Positions 16,920 to 26,138 are shown, counted from the stretch's first letter. The stretch: DNA of 44,707 nucleotides from a virus (IMGVR_UViG_3300046719_000020:1-44707), one strand, 5' to 3'. A program made the numbers and translations. Notes: generated by a model not told the origin, from the letters alone.

Positions 16920-17470
16920 GGTATTACTTCCCCTTTCTTTATCCTCCAAATTCCTAATCCTTTTTCGGTTCCTGTGATCGTGGCTGCCGGAATTACTTCG
17001 TCGACCGCCTGCTTTACGCCGATGCCTTCTTTGTCATTGTAGTCATGTCCTGCCAAATAGAACCCGTGCATTACTTTGTGGTGCCAAAGGCGGATGTCCG
17101 CTTTTGTTTCTTCATACCGATGCGAAGCGTCGATAAAAATGTGGTGCGCCCAGTTATCCGGGAATTTGCAGGAGGCATTCAAAGAATCAAGTGTAATCAA
17201 ACGGATCTGATCTGAAAGGCCGCTGCGCATTATATTATCCAGGAGCGTGTTTTGTTGCTCATATCGGCCGTAATCCATGTTCTCAACTATTATAAGTTGG
17301 AACTTCTTTTTCCGGTTCGATAGGGATTCGGCAAGATAAATAGCAGAGTGTCCGTCAGCGGCTCCGACCTCGATCACACGGCAATCATAAGGCATTTTAT
17401 CAGCCACCCAATCATAGTAGCTGTGGAAGTCGCACATAGTGCCCGGAATGGCTTTATAGGTTTCTCTCAT
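16913..17470 (-). CDS. class I SAM O-methyltransferase (Methyltransf_24-like)
   Basis: IEVGAADGHS, IFIDASHRYE, LAGHDY. Confidence 0.88.
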   Translation of the reverse strand: MRETYKAIPGTMCDFHSYYDWVADKMPYDCRVIEVGAADGHSAIYLAESLSNRKKKFQLIIVENMDYGRYEQQNTLLDNIMRSGLSDQIRLITLDSLNASCKFPDNWAHHIFIDASHRYEETKADIRLWHHKVMHGFYLAGHDYNDKEGIGVKQAVDEVIPAATITGTEKGLGIWRIKKGEVIPC

Positions 17471-18404
17471 ATTCTTGTTTGATCCATTTAAAAGTTCTAC
17501 TGAGGCCTTCGTAAAGCGTGTATCTCGGTGCCCAGCCTAGCACGTCCATAATCAAATCGTTATTTGAATTGCGCCCCATCACGCCTACCGGACCGTCGAT
17601 GTTTTTTATTTTTAGGTCCTTGCCTGAAATATGAATAGCAATTTCTGCCAGGGCATTGATAGATATAAGTTCCTCGCTGCCGATGTTGATGGGTTCACGA
17701 TGATCTGAAGCCATGAGCGCTTGCACCGCGTCGATGCAATCATCGATGTAAAGAAAGCTCCGGGTCTGCTGGCCTGAACCCCAAATCTCCACTACAGAGT
17801 CGGATTCCAACACCTTCCTGCAAACAGCCGCCGGAGCCTTTTCTTTTCCACCATACCAAGTTCCTTCGGGGCCATAGATATTATGGAATCTTGCTATTCG
17901 AATGTCTATTCTATCTTTGGCGGCCTGGTGTAGTTGTTCACTAAATAGCTTCTGCCATCCATAAACCAGGTCCGGGAAAGCCGGGTAAGCATGGTGTTCG
18001 GCCAGTGAAACGCCATCCGTTTTCTCCTGTAATTTCTGGTTGTACACACAAGCTGAAGAACTGTAGAAGATTTTCTTCACGCCGAATTTAATCGCGTTCT
18101 CAAGCGTGTTGATTACCACCTGAGAACTACCTACCATCACATCGTAAGAATGCTCCGGGTTACCGATATACCCCATGCCGCCCATGAGACAAGCGAGGGA
18201 ATATACTTCGTCAAAATTGTGAGCGCCGAACACTTTAAACGCGCTGTATTCGTTTCGAAGATCGCACTGTATGAATTCATCGGGGATATTGTATTTTGGC
18301 ATTTCAAGATCGACACCGACGACAAAGTGGCCTTGGTCCTTCAGTCGTTTTACTAAATGTCCCCCAATAAATCCTGACGAACCAGTTACAAGTATTCTTT
18401 TCAT
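17454..18404 (-). CDS. GDP-mannose 3,5-epimerase-like NAD-dependent epimerase
   Basis: GSSGFIG, MGGMGYI, YSSSACVY, YGWQK, RFHNIYGPEGTW.GG.EKAPAAVCRK, QTRSFLYIDDC. Confidence 0.9.
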   Translation of the reverse strand: MKRILVTGSSGFIGGHLVKRLKDQGHFVVGVDLEMPKYNIPDEFIQCDLRNEYSAFKVFGAHNFDEVYSLACLMGGMGYIGNPEHSYDVMVGSSQVVINTLENAIKFGVKKIFYSSSACVYNQKLQEKTDGVSLAEHHAYPAFPDLVYGWQKLFSEQLHQAAKDRIDIRIARFHNIYGPEGTWYGGKEKAPAAVCRKVLESDSVVEIWGSGQQTRSFLYIDDCIDAVQALMASDHREPINIGSEELISINALAEIAIHISGKDLKIKNIDGPVGVMGRNSNNDLIMDVLGWAPRYTLYEGLSRTFKWIKQEYERNL

Positions 18405-19102
18405 CGAAGTGCTTTTAGTTTTTCTACAAGTTCATTATAAAGATTTCCTGTCTTGCGGTGATGCTCTTTGTAGTGTGATCCATCATGTACACGGTGTTCG
18501 TACTGAAGTCCAGGGGTTACGTAAATTCCGTTTCCTTTGGCCAGCCAGTTGTAGTTTTGAAGCAGGCTGTCAGCGGTCCAAGGCTCCGGCCGGTCTTCGA
18601 AGGTTCGCAAATACTCTTCACGGTTGACAAAATAGTTCATCGCATTTAACATCGTGGTGAAGGTTTGATCGCCAGCAAACTTATTAACATTGTGAGCCCA
18701 TATTAATTCATCACTGTATTTCCTAAAGTCGAAATGCGGCTTAGCAAATTCTGGCTGGAGTAAAACTTTGGGGTCCCACATCGGTTGCAGATTCCAGATG
18801 GTGTCAATATATTCTTTAGTGAGTTCGTTGTCGCTATCGAATATAATGCACCACTGACCAGTTGACACATGGATAGCTTCCCTTTTATTTCGGTAACATC
18901 CAAGGTTATGTTTATTTCTATAGAGTCTGATTTTATCATTGTCAGGAATTTTAATTCTTATTTCATCCCAAATCTTTGTTTCGCTGCAATCATCAAGTAT
19001 TACTATCTCCGAAATCCTTTCGTCATCAATCACCTGGGCGAATGATTCGTAAAGAAGTTGTGTGCGGTTGTATGTGGGAATGCAAAGTGATATCATCGCC
19101 AT
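18401..19102 (-). CDS. glycosyltransferase family 2
   Basis: SLCIPTYNR, EIVILDDCS, NLG, FDSD. Confidence 0.9.
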   Translation of the reverse strand: MAMISLCIPTYNRTQLLYESFAQVIDDERISEIVILDDCSETKIWDEIRIKIPDNDKIRLYRNKHNLGCYRNKREAIHVSTGQWCIIFDSDNELTKEYIDTIWNLQPMWDPKVLLQPEFAKPHFDFRKYSDELIWAHNVNKFAGDQTFTTMLNAMNYFVNREEYLRTFEDRPEPWTADSLLQNYNWLAKGNGIYVTPGLQYEHRVHDGSHYKEHHRKTGNLYNELVEKLKALR

Positions 19103-19851
19103 TTAATTTGAGTCCATGAAGGCGGAAGTAAGTCTACACAGTCTTGTTTCACTCCTGACTCAAGGCCGAACCATTGACCTCGTTCACAAGACGGCGTGAT
19201 TACTTGTCTGTTCTGATTCCATCCAAGGTATGCAGCCCACCACGAAAAAGTTGAGTTTGCAATAATATGATCCGAGCACGACGACATTTTGCTAATAGCC
19301 TCAAATTCGTTTCTCTCTTCGACAAAGACAACATTGTCAGGAGCGCCAAGGTTAATCCTGCACCACTCAATATCATCGCTAAATATGGCGAATCGTCTTC
19401 CGGGGAAATAGGACATTGCGAGTATGAGATAAGCCATATCCACAGGAGGAAATGAATTAGCATGCTGCACATAATCACCACGGCGGACGTGAATAGATAC
19501 CTTGTCGTTGTACTCATTGTATCGATTTAATTTGAAGGCTTGCTTTACTTCATCTTCGGCGTTTTGAAAATACTTCCACGATTGCCAGAATCCGAATAGC
19601 GTAACGTCGGGACCTTGGTCTGGTATTTCGTGATAGTTAAACCAATCATGATCGTGCCCCGGCTGATGTTCTAAGTATCGTCTATGTCGGTCATTGCATC
19701 GAGGCAACTTAGGAAAGTGCGTGAGTATCGTTGATTCGCGCTGATCATTTGGAACGCCCCATTGGTAGCCGTATTTTTTTGCGTATCCGATGCATGCCGC
19801 CACCTGAAACATTGAATTACCCAGACGACCGATGAAGTGAGTTGTTACCAT
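19093..19851 (-). CDS. alpha-1,2-fucosyltransferase-like (GT11)
   Basis: GRLGNSMFQ, GFWQS.KYF, SIHVRRGDY, FSDD, IIANSTFSWWAAYL. Confidence 0.93.
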   Translation of the reverse strand: MVTTHFIGRLGNSMFQVAACIGYAKKYGYQWGVPNDQRESTILTHFPKLPRCNDRHRRYLEHQPGHDHDWFNYHEIPDQGPDVTLFGFWQSWKYFQNAEDEVKQAFKLNRYNEYNDKVSIHVRRGDYVQHANSFPPVDMAYLILAMSYFPGRRFAIFSDDIEWCRINLGAPDNVVFVEERNEFEAISKMSSCSDHIIANSTFSWWAAYLGWNQNRQVITPSCERGQWFGLESGVKQDCVDLLPPSWTQIKWR

Positions 19852-20495
19852 TATAGACTTATTACTTTAAATCCTTTTCGATCGATCCAAATAGAAAACA
19901 ATCTCTCCAAAACGAACGGCGCGATAGTCCACGGGTGTCCCAACTTTTCGATAACCAATGCGGTTTCTTCTGCTGACTTCCTTTTTGTGTATCCGCCATC
20001 CTGATGAAATACAGGTCTGTCCTTCATGAACTCCATGCAAGGAATCAAACAATTGCTAACATAATCCTGATATATTTCGCGGCGTGCAATGAAATGGTTT
20101 TCGTATATCGCATACGTTACTTCGTCTCTGAACCTGATGAAATGTTTTAGTTCTTTGATGGCCTCAGCCCATGGTTGCCCGTGCCAGTTCAATGCCATGC
20201 GCAAAGGCTCATGCGTGGCGCTGTAAGGCGTAAGGATGGCGATGTCGAATTCAGTTCCTAGTATTTTATCAGGAGTCAAAGTCTTATCTAGCAAACGAAG
20301 ACGCGTCTGTCTTTTCTCATGAAGCCTCCAAGAACAAATAGAGATCAGGTCCTCATCGAATGTAGGAACCAACCTGGCAATAATTTCATTCTCGAAATAA
20401 TCGGTAAGCGTTTCGTTTTTGTGTGGCCTGGCAAACGGATATAGCTTATCCAGTTGGTCGTCTTTGTAGTATATTTGGGTGAAGTTCAGCGTCAT
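19851..20495 (-). CDS. DUF4422-like putative glycosyltransferase
   Basis: NHFIARREIYQDY and FVLERLFSIW motifs; first gene of the glycan block. Confidence 0.55.
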   Translation of the reverse strand: MTLNFTQIYYKDDQLDKLYPFARPHKNETLTDYFENEIIARLVPTFDEDLISICSWRLHEKRQTRLRLLDKTLTPDKILGTEFDIAILTPYSATHEPLRMALNWHGQPWAEAIKELKHFIRFRDEVTYAIYENHFIARREIYQDYVSNCLIPCMEFMKDRPVFHQDGGYTKRKSAEETALVIEKLGHPWTIAPFVLERLFSIWIDRKGFKVISL

Positions 20496-20701
20496 ACCGA
20501 AAATCCGGTTTTTATTTCAGGGACAATCTTCAATCTATCCTCCATAAACCAAACCTCATTCGGATTGCCATCCTTTAATGTGGTAGATATTATCTCATAA
20601 TTTATCCCATAAGAACGCAATAGGCAGCCATTTACTATCCCCTGAAATCCGGTTATAGTGTCAATTACATGATCACCCAGTTGAAATTTAAATTCAGTCA
20701 T
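20492..20701 (-). CDS. small SH3/KOW-like phage protein
   Basis: FQLGDHVIDTITGFQGIV..WF.EDRL; ATGA-coupled start at 20701. Confidence 0.65.
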   Translation of the reverse strand: MTEFKFQLGDHVIDTITGFQGIVNGCLLRSYGINYEIISTTLKDGNPNEVWFMEDRLKIVPEIKTGFSV

Positions 20702-20886
20702 TGCAGTAGCCACTCTTTAACCATTGTGAAGCACTTCGGGCAGTTCATTTTAAGTTTCATGCCGGTAGCATCTCTATGCATCTGAAAGGCCAATTTCCAC
20801 CCCGAAGTTTTCCCGAAAGTATTAAACTCACGGCTCGCGCGCATGTGATTTAAAAGCTCCTCTTTAGTCTTGATGTCCAGTTTCAT
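20698..20886 (-). CDS. small protein with CxxC
   Basis: MNCPKC; coupled ORF. Confidence 0.65.
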   Translation of the reverse strand: MKLDIKTKEELLNHMRASREFNTFGKTSGWKLAFQMHRDATGMKLKMNCPKCFTMVKEWLLQ

Positions 20887-21010
20887 AGATCAACATGGGG
20901 CATGTTTCACAAAGCCTTTTGACTTTAACGATCTTGCCGGACTTTATCCAGCGGTAAATCGTAAACCGGGATTTCCCGACAGACTTTGCGTATTCGGCTA
21001 CCGTCTGCAT
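20864..21010 (-). CDS. small HTH DNA-binding protein (excisionase/MerR-like)
   Basis: MQTVAEYAKSVGKSRFTIYRWIKSGKI; start ATG 21010. Confidence 0.75.
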   Translation of the reverse strand: MQTVAEYAKSVGKSRFTIYRWIKSGKIVKVKRLCETCPMLIYETGHQD

Positions 21011-21014
21011 AAAC

Positions 21015-21022
21015 CAAATGTA
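21015..21022 (-). promoter_or_regulatory. Bacteroidota -7 promoter box for the HTH/glycan operon
   Basis: TACATTTG (perfect TAnnTTTG) 4 nt before ATG 21010. Confidence 0.7.
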
Positions 21023-21056
21023 AAAAGAAAATGCAACAGTTGTTTCATGATGGGGT

Positions 21057-21087
21057 AAAAAAATGTCCCGGCTATCAGCTCGGGACA
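21057..21087 (-). terminator. intrinsic terminator after capsid/tail tube operon
   Basis: Minus strand TGTCCCG-agctgatagc-CGGGACA followed by T7, 8 nt after the stop. Confidence 0.85.
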
Positions 21088-21095
21088 GATTTAGG

Positions 21096-21647
21096 TTATA
21101 TTTCTCTGGATTCCAGGTAGGCCAGCGTTGCCGATGCTCCGCCGCCAAGCATGAAGCGAAGCGGTTTGGTGCGCTCAGTGCCAACGAGTGTCACCGAATC
21201 GGTTGTATCTGAGTCGCCTGTTTGGCCGGTGTTCTGGACGTCCGCGGTAGAGCTGAGGCCCTTGCCGGCGCCGAGTATGAAGAACTTGCTATTGTTGTCC
21301 TGGTACACGATGAAAATATCGTTGCCAAGGTTCAAGTTCTGTAGCGTCACGTCATCGGCTGTTGAGTCCGCGAGGACTTTGATAACAGCCGTATGAGTGT
21401 ACGATTTGTTTCCTCCGGCGGATACCACCAGTTCGGATCCAAACGTATGCTGGAACTTCTGCCCGTCGAACCTGTAAAGACCCCCGTAAGCACCAAAATC
21501 AATGGTGTTCAGGTCTGCCGATTGAGTGAGCGAGAACTGCGTATCCAGGTCGGACAAATATCCAACCCAGAACGTTTGATCCGCGCCGCCAACCCTGAGC
21601 AGGTCAGTACAGTTGTTGTCGATACCTTGCGTTATTTTGCAGGCCAT
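21096..21647 (-). CDS. major tail (tube) protein candidate
   Basis: MACKITQG..C..GG start, beta-rich 183 aa, directly after capsid. Confidence 0.65.
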   Translation of the reverse strand: MACKITQGIDNNCTDLLRVGGADQTFWVGYLSDLDTQFSLTQSADLNTIDFGAYGGLYRFDGQKFQHTFGSELVVSAGGNKSYTHTAVIKVLADSTADDVTLQNLNLGNDIFIVYQDNNSKFFILGAGKGLSSTADVQNTGQTGDSDTTDSVTLVGTERTKPLRFMLGGGASATLAYLESREI

Positions 21648-21650
21648 AGC

Positions 21651-23831
21651 TTAGTAGGCGATAGTTTGGAAATCGCAATGCAGGTAGTTGTATCCGAATT
21701 TCATGTCGGATTCATAGTAGAACTTGCGATCTTTGCGCTCGTACCAACCTTCAATTTTGTTCAGGTCTGCCGCGTTCTCAACACCCAGGATATGGTTTTC
21801 CTTTACGGTCAACAAGATCAGGTGGCGTGTGGTGGCGAACAGCGGGTTGTCAGACTCGGTCAAGAACTGATCCCACAGATCAACTGGTTTAATCGGGATG
21901 CCTTTATAGGTCAGTGTCGAAAGTCCTTTGGTAAGGTTTTCGAACTGAGCCTCGGTTACTGCCCCAGATCCGATCAGCGAGTTATAGTAGTTCTCCCAGA
22001 TCGACCGGGTCACCCAAAATACTTTGTCAGGTCGGTTTCTCAGCAGGATGTTGGAGTTTGCATACACAGCTTCCAGGGCCGTCAATGCGGCGCCAGCGGC
22101 TAGCGTACCAGTTCCGAGGGCCGTTCCAGCGCGAACAACGCAATAGTTTGAACCTCCCGAAGAATCAATCAGACGATCCCACAGACCGTCAAATTGGTTG
22201 TAGTCGTCGTCAGAAGAGTTTCCGGCAGCGAATGACACGCGGCGGAACACGTCGCGGCGCAAGGCATCGGAAAGGATCTTATCGATGATCGTGTTGATCG
22301 GGGTGCTGGAGGGATCGAAAGAACGGTTACCAGTTTTCAGCCACTCCTGAGCCAAAAGATTGTATTGGCCGGTGAGCTGCTTGGTGAAGTCATCTTTGCA
22401 CCAAGATTCAGAAACCTGGAATTCCTTTGTATAAACTGCCACATCTCCGATGGTATCGCGGTTTCCGTTGAATGTCCGATCGCATCCTGTATAGGGCTTC
22501 AAAATCTTGTTCAGCGGATTCAAAAGGTTATACCGCTTCATGAACTTGATGTCCTGGTCGATTGTGAAAATATCAGCCAGGGCCGGGCTTTCAAGGGTAG
22601 GCTTGTAGAAAATATCCGTTGTCAGGATGCCGGGCCAGGTATACGTGAACGCTGTTTCCAAGATGGAAATCATGTTCGGGCCCGCGCTAGCACTTACATA
22701 CTTGCGTACTTCAGATTCGGGATAGTATTGGCGGATCCACGGCATCGCCTCAAGGATGAATTGCGTGGTCGCTTCTTTCTGTTTCGCGGCGTTGGGACCC
22801 ATAGCCATAGGTGATTTATTTGGAATGAGGCCCAAGGAAGGCGGGGCTTCATCGCCTACGGTCTTTTTCTCTTCTTCTTCGAGTTCTTTTTTGATGTCTT
22901 CCAACGTTTTGGCCTGGGCCGTAACTTTGGATTCAATCTCTGCTTTTGCAGTGTTTGAGGCGGCCAATGCAGCTTCAAGTTCGGCGATCCGCTTTTGCTC
23001 GGCGCTTTGAACCGGAACCGCAGGGGGAACAACCAAAGGGGCGACAGGTGGTGTGGGCGCGGCAGCAGCTACGGCGCGAACTTCAGTGACGACACCAGCG
23101 GCGCAAACCAGTACACGGCCGTCTTCAAGCGGATATTCACCGTTTGCTGGCTGGCCGTCTACCATTGCTGTTTTACCGACGAACTCGCCATCGGTAGAGT
23201 CGATGGATACTGTTTTGCCGTCAGTGGTTTTTAGATCTATTGCAGATGGTCCGCCGGTAATAATTTCGGCGACCATACTGAGAAGTTTTTTGGCTACGTT
23301 TTTTTCCATGTTTTTTCGTTTTCCGATTGCTACGGCCTTCATGTAATTTCCAAGAACCTTGTCTACAAACCCCATCTGTTTGGCCTGCGTGGCGTTCAGC
23401 GTGGTGGTTTTCTTCATCATCTCACGAATTTGATCTTCTGGCAATTTGGTTTTAGCCGCATAAGCGGCGACCATGTCGGTTTCAATGTTTCTGAGTTCAC
23501 TGGCTCCCTGGATGAACTGGTCAGCGGTGCCTTGCAATTCTGATGAGGGGTTGTGAATCATAAATACCGATGGATCGCAAATTTCAATTTCAGTGCCAGC
23601 GAGGGCAATGAAAGTAGCCATTGACTGCGCTTCGCCTTCAATAATGGTCTTTATAGGTTTTCCGGAGAGTTTTAAAGCGTGGTAGATGTTGTATCCCGCA
23701 TAGACGGAGCCGCCCGGGGATTGAATGTGAACGGTGATAGATGGAGAGTCTTTGTACTCCTGCAGCTTGGCTTTAACATTTGCCAGCGTATCCGGGGTAA
23801 TTACATCGTCGATGAAAATATGACCTTCCAT
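21651..23831 (-). CDS. ClpP-type prohead protease-scaffold-major capsid protein fusion
   Basis: IQSPGGSV, SMATFI, FMIHNP (ClpP); Pro/Ala linker and coiled coil; capsid-like C-terminal half (WCKDDF, FDGL, YKGIPI); start ATG 23831. Confidence 0.85.
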   Translation of the reverse strand: MEGHIFIDDVITPDTLANVKAKLQEYKDSPSITVHIQSPGGSVYAGYNIYHALKLSGKPIKTIIEGEAQSMATFIALAGTEIEICDPSVFMIHNPSSELQGTADQFIQGASELRNIETDMVAAYAAKTKLPEDQIREMMKKTTTLNATQAKQMGFVDKVLGNYMKAVAIGKRKNMEKNVAKKLLSMVAEIITGGPSAIDLKTTDGKTVSIDSTDGEFVGKTAMVDGQPANGEYPLEDGRVLVCAAGVVTEVRAVAAAAPTPPVAPLVVPPAVPVQSAEQKRIAELEAALAASNTAKAEIESKVTAQAKTLEDIKKELEEEEKKTVGDEAPPSLGLIPNKSPMAMGPNAAKQKEATTQFILEAMPWIRQYYPESEVRKYVSASAGPNMISILETAFTYTWPGILTTDIFYKPTLESPALADIFTIDQDIKFMKRYNLLNPLNKILKPYTGCDRTFNGNRDTIGDVAVYTKEFQVSESWCKDDFTKQLTGQYNLLAQEWLKTGNRSFDPSSTPINTIIDKILSDALRRDVFRRVSFAAGNSSDDDYNQFDGLWDRLIDSSGGSNYCVVRAGTALGTGTLAAGAALTALEAVYANSNILLRNRPDKVFWVTRSIWENYYNSLIGSGAVTEAQFENLTKGLSTLTYKGIPIKPVDLWDQFLTESDNPLFATTRHLILLTVKENHILGVENAADLNKIEGWYERKDRKFYYESDMKFGYNYLHCDFQTIAY

Positions 23832-23889
23832 GACAATAAAACTACGGAAGAACAAGGCCAATTACGTTCGGTGGTGACCGTTCCGGACA

Positions 23890-24084
23890 CTATTTTCTAT
23901 AATCTGCCTTGATTCTGAATACCTCCCGTCGGCAAATGTTGTGCTTGATGGCGATCTGTGAAGCTGACTTCCCGGCTTCAATGTCCTTCAAAACATCGTA
24001 CTCCTTGAGTACCGTTTTCTGTGCCTTCGCGCTTATCATACGAGCAACGAAATCGCGGCTGAACTTTGTGATTTCGAATTTCAT
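23890..24084 (-). CDS. small HTH protein (Mor/C-like activator candidate)
   Basis: GKSASQIAIKHNICRREVFRI helix-turn-helix; directly upstream of capsid promoter region. Confidence 0.65.
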   Translation of the reverse strand: MKFEITKFSRDFVARMISAKAQKTVLKEYDVLKDIEAGKSASQIAIKHNICRREVFRIKADYRK

Positions 24085-26138
24085 GGGTTTAACCTTGCTA
24101 AGTTCTGTTTAACTGTTACCTGCTTAGACACACGGCTGTATTGCTTCACCGACAAAACAGGTGCAGGCATATTCTTTATCGCGTTGGATATAGCTATCGA
24201 CTGATCTTGCGTGGAAGTAGCGGCAGAAGTAACCAATCCCCCCTCAGCGTATCCATTCAACCTCATGCGTTCCAATGCCTGGATGTGTGGCTGGGCAGCC
24301 GGGGCGTTTACAATGTGCTTAGGTGCCACGTATTCATCAGCGTGTACCACGCCGGCAACCTGGTATTTATCGCCTGGTCCAGTCCATCCGCCAGTATAAA
24401 ATTGAACCCCATTTATCGCTGCCAGCGACCCCGCCGTTCTGAGTGCGGCGGTAGCAACATAGGTAGCGGCAAGGAACGGACTCGCTACGGTAGGGGGCGT
24501 GAATGCGGCCTCATATGCCTTTTGTCCTGTGCTGATGCCCGAAATTAAAACCTGAGCACTGGCCAGGGTCTTATAAAGAGCCCCTTGGCGATTTGCCAAT
24601 GTGGAGGCCGCGCCAAGCAATCCAGCGACCGCATCCATTTCGTTTTGCATGATCACCCGATTCAGTTCTTCTTTGGATTGAACCGCCTGCTTGCGGGATT
24701 CTACTGTCTTTTTATCCAGCTCTTCATTTGACTTCTGGATGTCGTCATTTAGCTTTTGGGTGGAGTCAACTTCAATTTGTTTTTGCCGGATCAACTCCTG
24801 AGTGCGCTGCGCTGCCGCCGTTTCTTCTGGGGATTCTGGTTTAACTTCAGGACGCTTGGGGGCTATGCGATCACTCACCGCGCCCGCAGGGATTCCGAGA
24901 CGCTGGTTGGCCCGGGCTACGCCAGCAGTTAATTCAGCTTCCTCACGGATCAGCTTGTTCAGATTGCGTTGGGCCGTGACGTTCTCGGTCAGTTTGCCCG
25001 TTATTTCTTCCTGGGCATCGCTTATTTCTGCGTTTGCCCTGGCTATTTCGGCGCGGATCTCAGGACTTGGGGTAAGCTTATTGATGAGATCTAATTGCTC
25101 GATGATCTGTTTTTGATTCGCAATTCTGACGGCAAGGTTGGCGTTAAGGTTTTGCTCTACACCTTTCGTGGCCTCGAGCCTGGCCTGTAGATCGACCTCC
25201 TCATTGTCGCGGATCCGTCTAAAGTCCTCGGCTTGCTTTTCAAACAGCTTCCGTTTTGTCTGCACATCAATCGCGACGATGTCCAGCTCCTTCAGGGCAT
25301 TCTTTGCGCTTGCCACCAGTTCAGCCTGCACCGCGCTGGACAGTCCAAACACGGCCGCATTGAATATTGTGGCCAGCTTTGACAGAATCCCCCCTCCTTC
25401 TTTTGCGGTGCCACCAGACAAAGAATCTATGAAATCACCGAATTCGTTTCGCGCAATTGTAAATGAAGCCGAAAGTTTATCTGTAGCGAACTGAAAATCT
25501 TTAGCACCGGCCGCGCTGGACACATAAAGGGCACTGAGTCCACTCAAAACACCTACTGCGGCGCCTACAGGGTTAATAAATTGTGTAAGCTTTGTGCCTA
25601 AACCCTCAACAGAAACTCCGGCGACCTCTGTTTTCTTGGCTTGATCTGCAAGTTTTTCGCCGAAACCACCGCTTGCCGTGGTGGCCTGTTTCAAAGCCTC
25701 GGGGTAGTTACCAATCTGATCTTTGAACAACCCAGCAGACTTTGAGGTCTTGGTGATCTGAGCATTTAAGTCAGCCAGTTCTTTCTCCAGTTGTTCGGCG
25801 CGTTTGGCTCCATCGACAGTCTTCCGGTTTAAGTTGTCGTACTCCTGAGTGAGTTTTGATACCTGAAGTTTTAAAGCATTGCGCGAATTACTATTGGTAT
25901 TTATCGCCTTGGTTAAATTACCGTATGTCGTCTGTTCGGTCTTCAGTCTTTTTTCAAGCTGCACCGATTCTGAGGCGTATTGATCTATCCCAACAGTGCC
26001 TTTTTTGAACTCTGCATTCAGTTCGGCCTGCTCCTGCTTGATTTCTAGGATTGATTTTTTAAGCGCTGCCGCTTCTTTCAAGGCGTCACCCTGATCAATG
26101 GTGAATTCTAAAATAACTTCTTCTTTCTCGGCTGCCAT
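24081..26138 (-). CDS. tail tape measure protein
   Basis: 685 aa Ala-rich coiled coil; IGNY; C-terminal GGWTGPGDKYQVAGVVHADEYV motif. Confidence 0.9.
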   Translation of the reverse strand: MAAEKEEVILEFTIDQGDALKEAAALKKSILEIKQEQAELNAEFKKGTVGIDQYASESVQLEKRLKTEQTTYGNLTKAINTNSNSRNALKLQVSKLTQEYDNLNRKTVDGAKRAEQLEKELADLNAQITKTSKSAGLFKDQIGNYPEALKQATTASGGFGEKLADQAKKTEVAGVSVEGLGTKLTQFINPVGAAVGVLSGLSALYVSSAAGAKDFQFATDKLSASFTIARNEFGDFIDSLSGGTAKEGGGILSKLATIFNAAVFGLSSAVQAELVASAKNALKELDIVAIDVQTKRKLFEKQAEDFRRIRDNEEVDLQARLEATKGVEQNLNANLAVRIANQKQIIEQLDLINKLTPSPEIRAEIARANAEISDAQEEITGKLTENVTAQRNLNKLIREEAELTAGVARANQRLGIPAGAVSDRIAPKRPEVKPESPEETAAAQRTQELIRQKQIEVDSTQKLNDDIQKSNEELDKKTVESRKQAVQSKEELNRVIMQNEMDAVAGLLGAASTLANRQGALYKTLASAQVLISGISTGQKAYEAAFTPPTVASPFLAATYVATAALRTAGSLAAINGVQFYTGGWTGPGDKYQVAGVVHADEYVAPKHIVNAPAAQPHIQALERMRLNGYAEGGLVTSAATSTQDQSIAISNAIKNMPAPVLSVKQYSRVSKQVTVKQNLARLNP

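Noticed and set aside
14265-20495. Glycan block as host contamination or Gtr-type serotype conversion cassette
   Set aside because: Genes are compact, overlapping and co-oriented with phage genes on a closed contig; no GtrA/GtrB or membrane transferase (host-surface role not fully excluded)
20864-21010. Excisionase implying lysogeny
   Set aside because: Only a generic small HTH; no integrase or att core recognised
21393-23346. Long plus-strand ORFs antisense to capsid and tail tube genes
   Set aside because: Shadow ORFs with no motifs, opposite to well-supported genes
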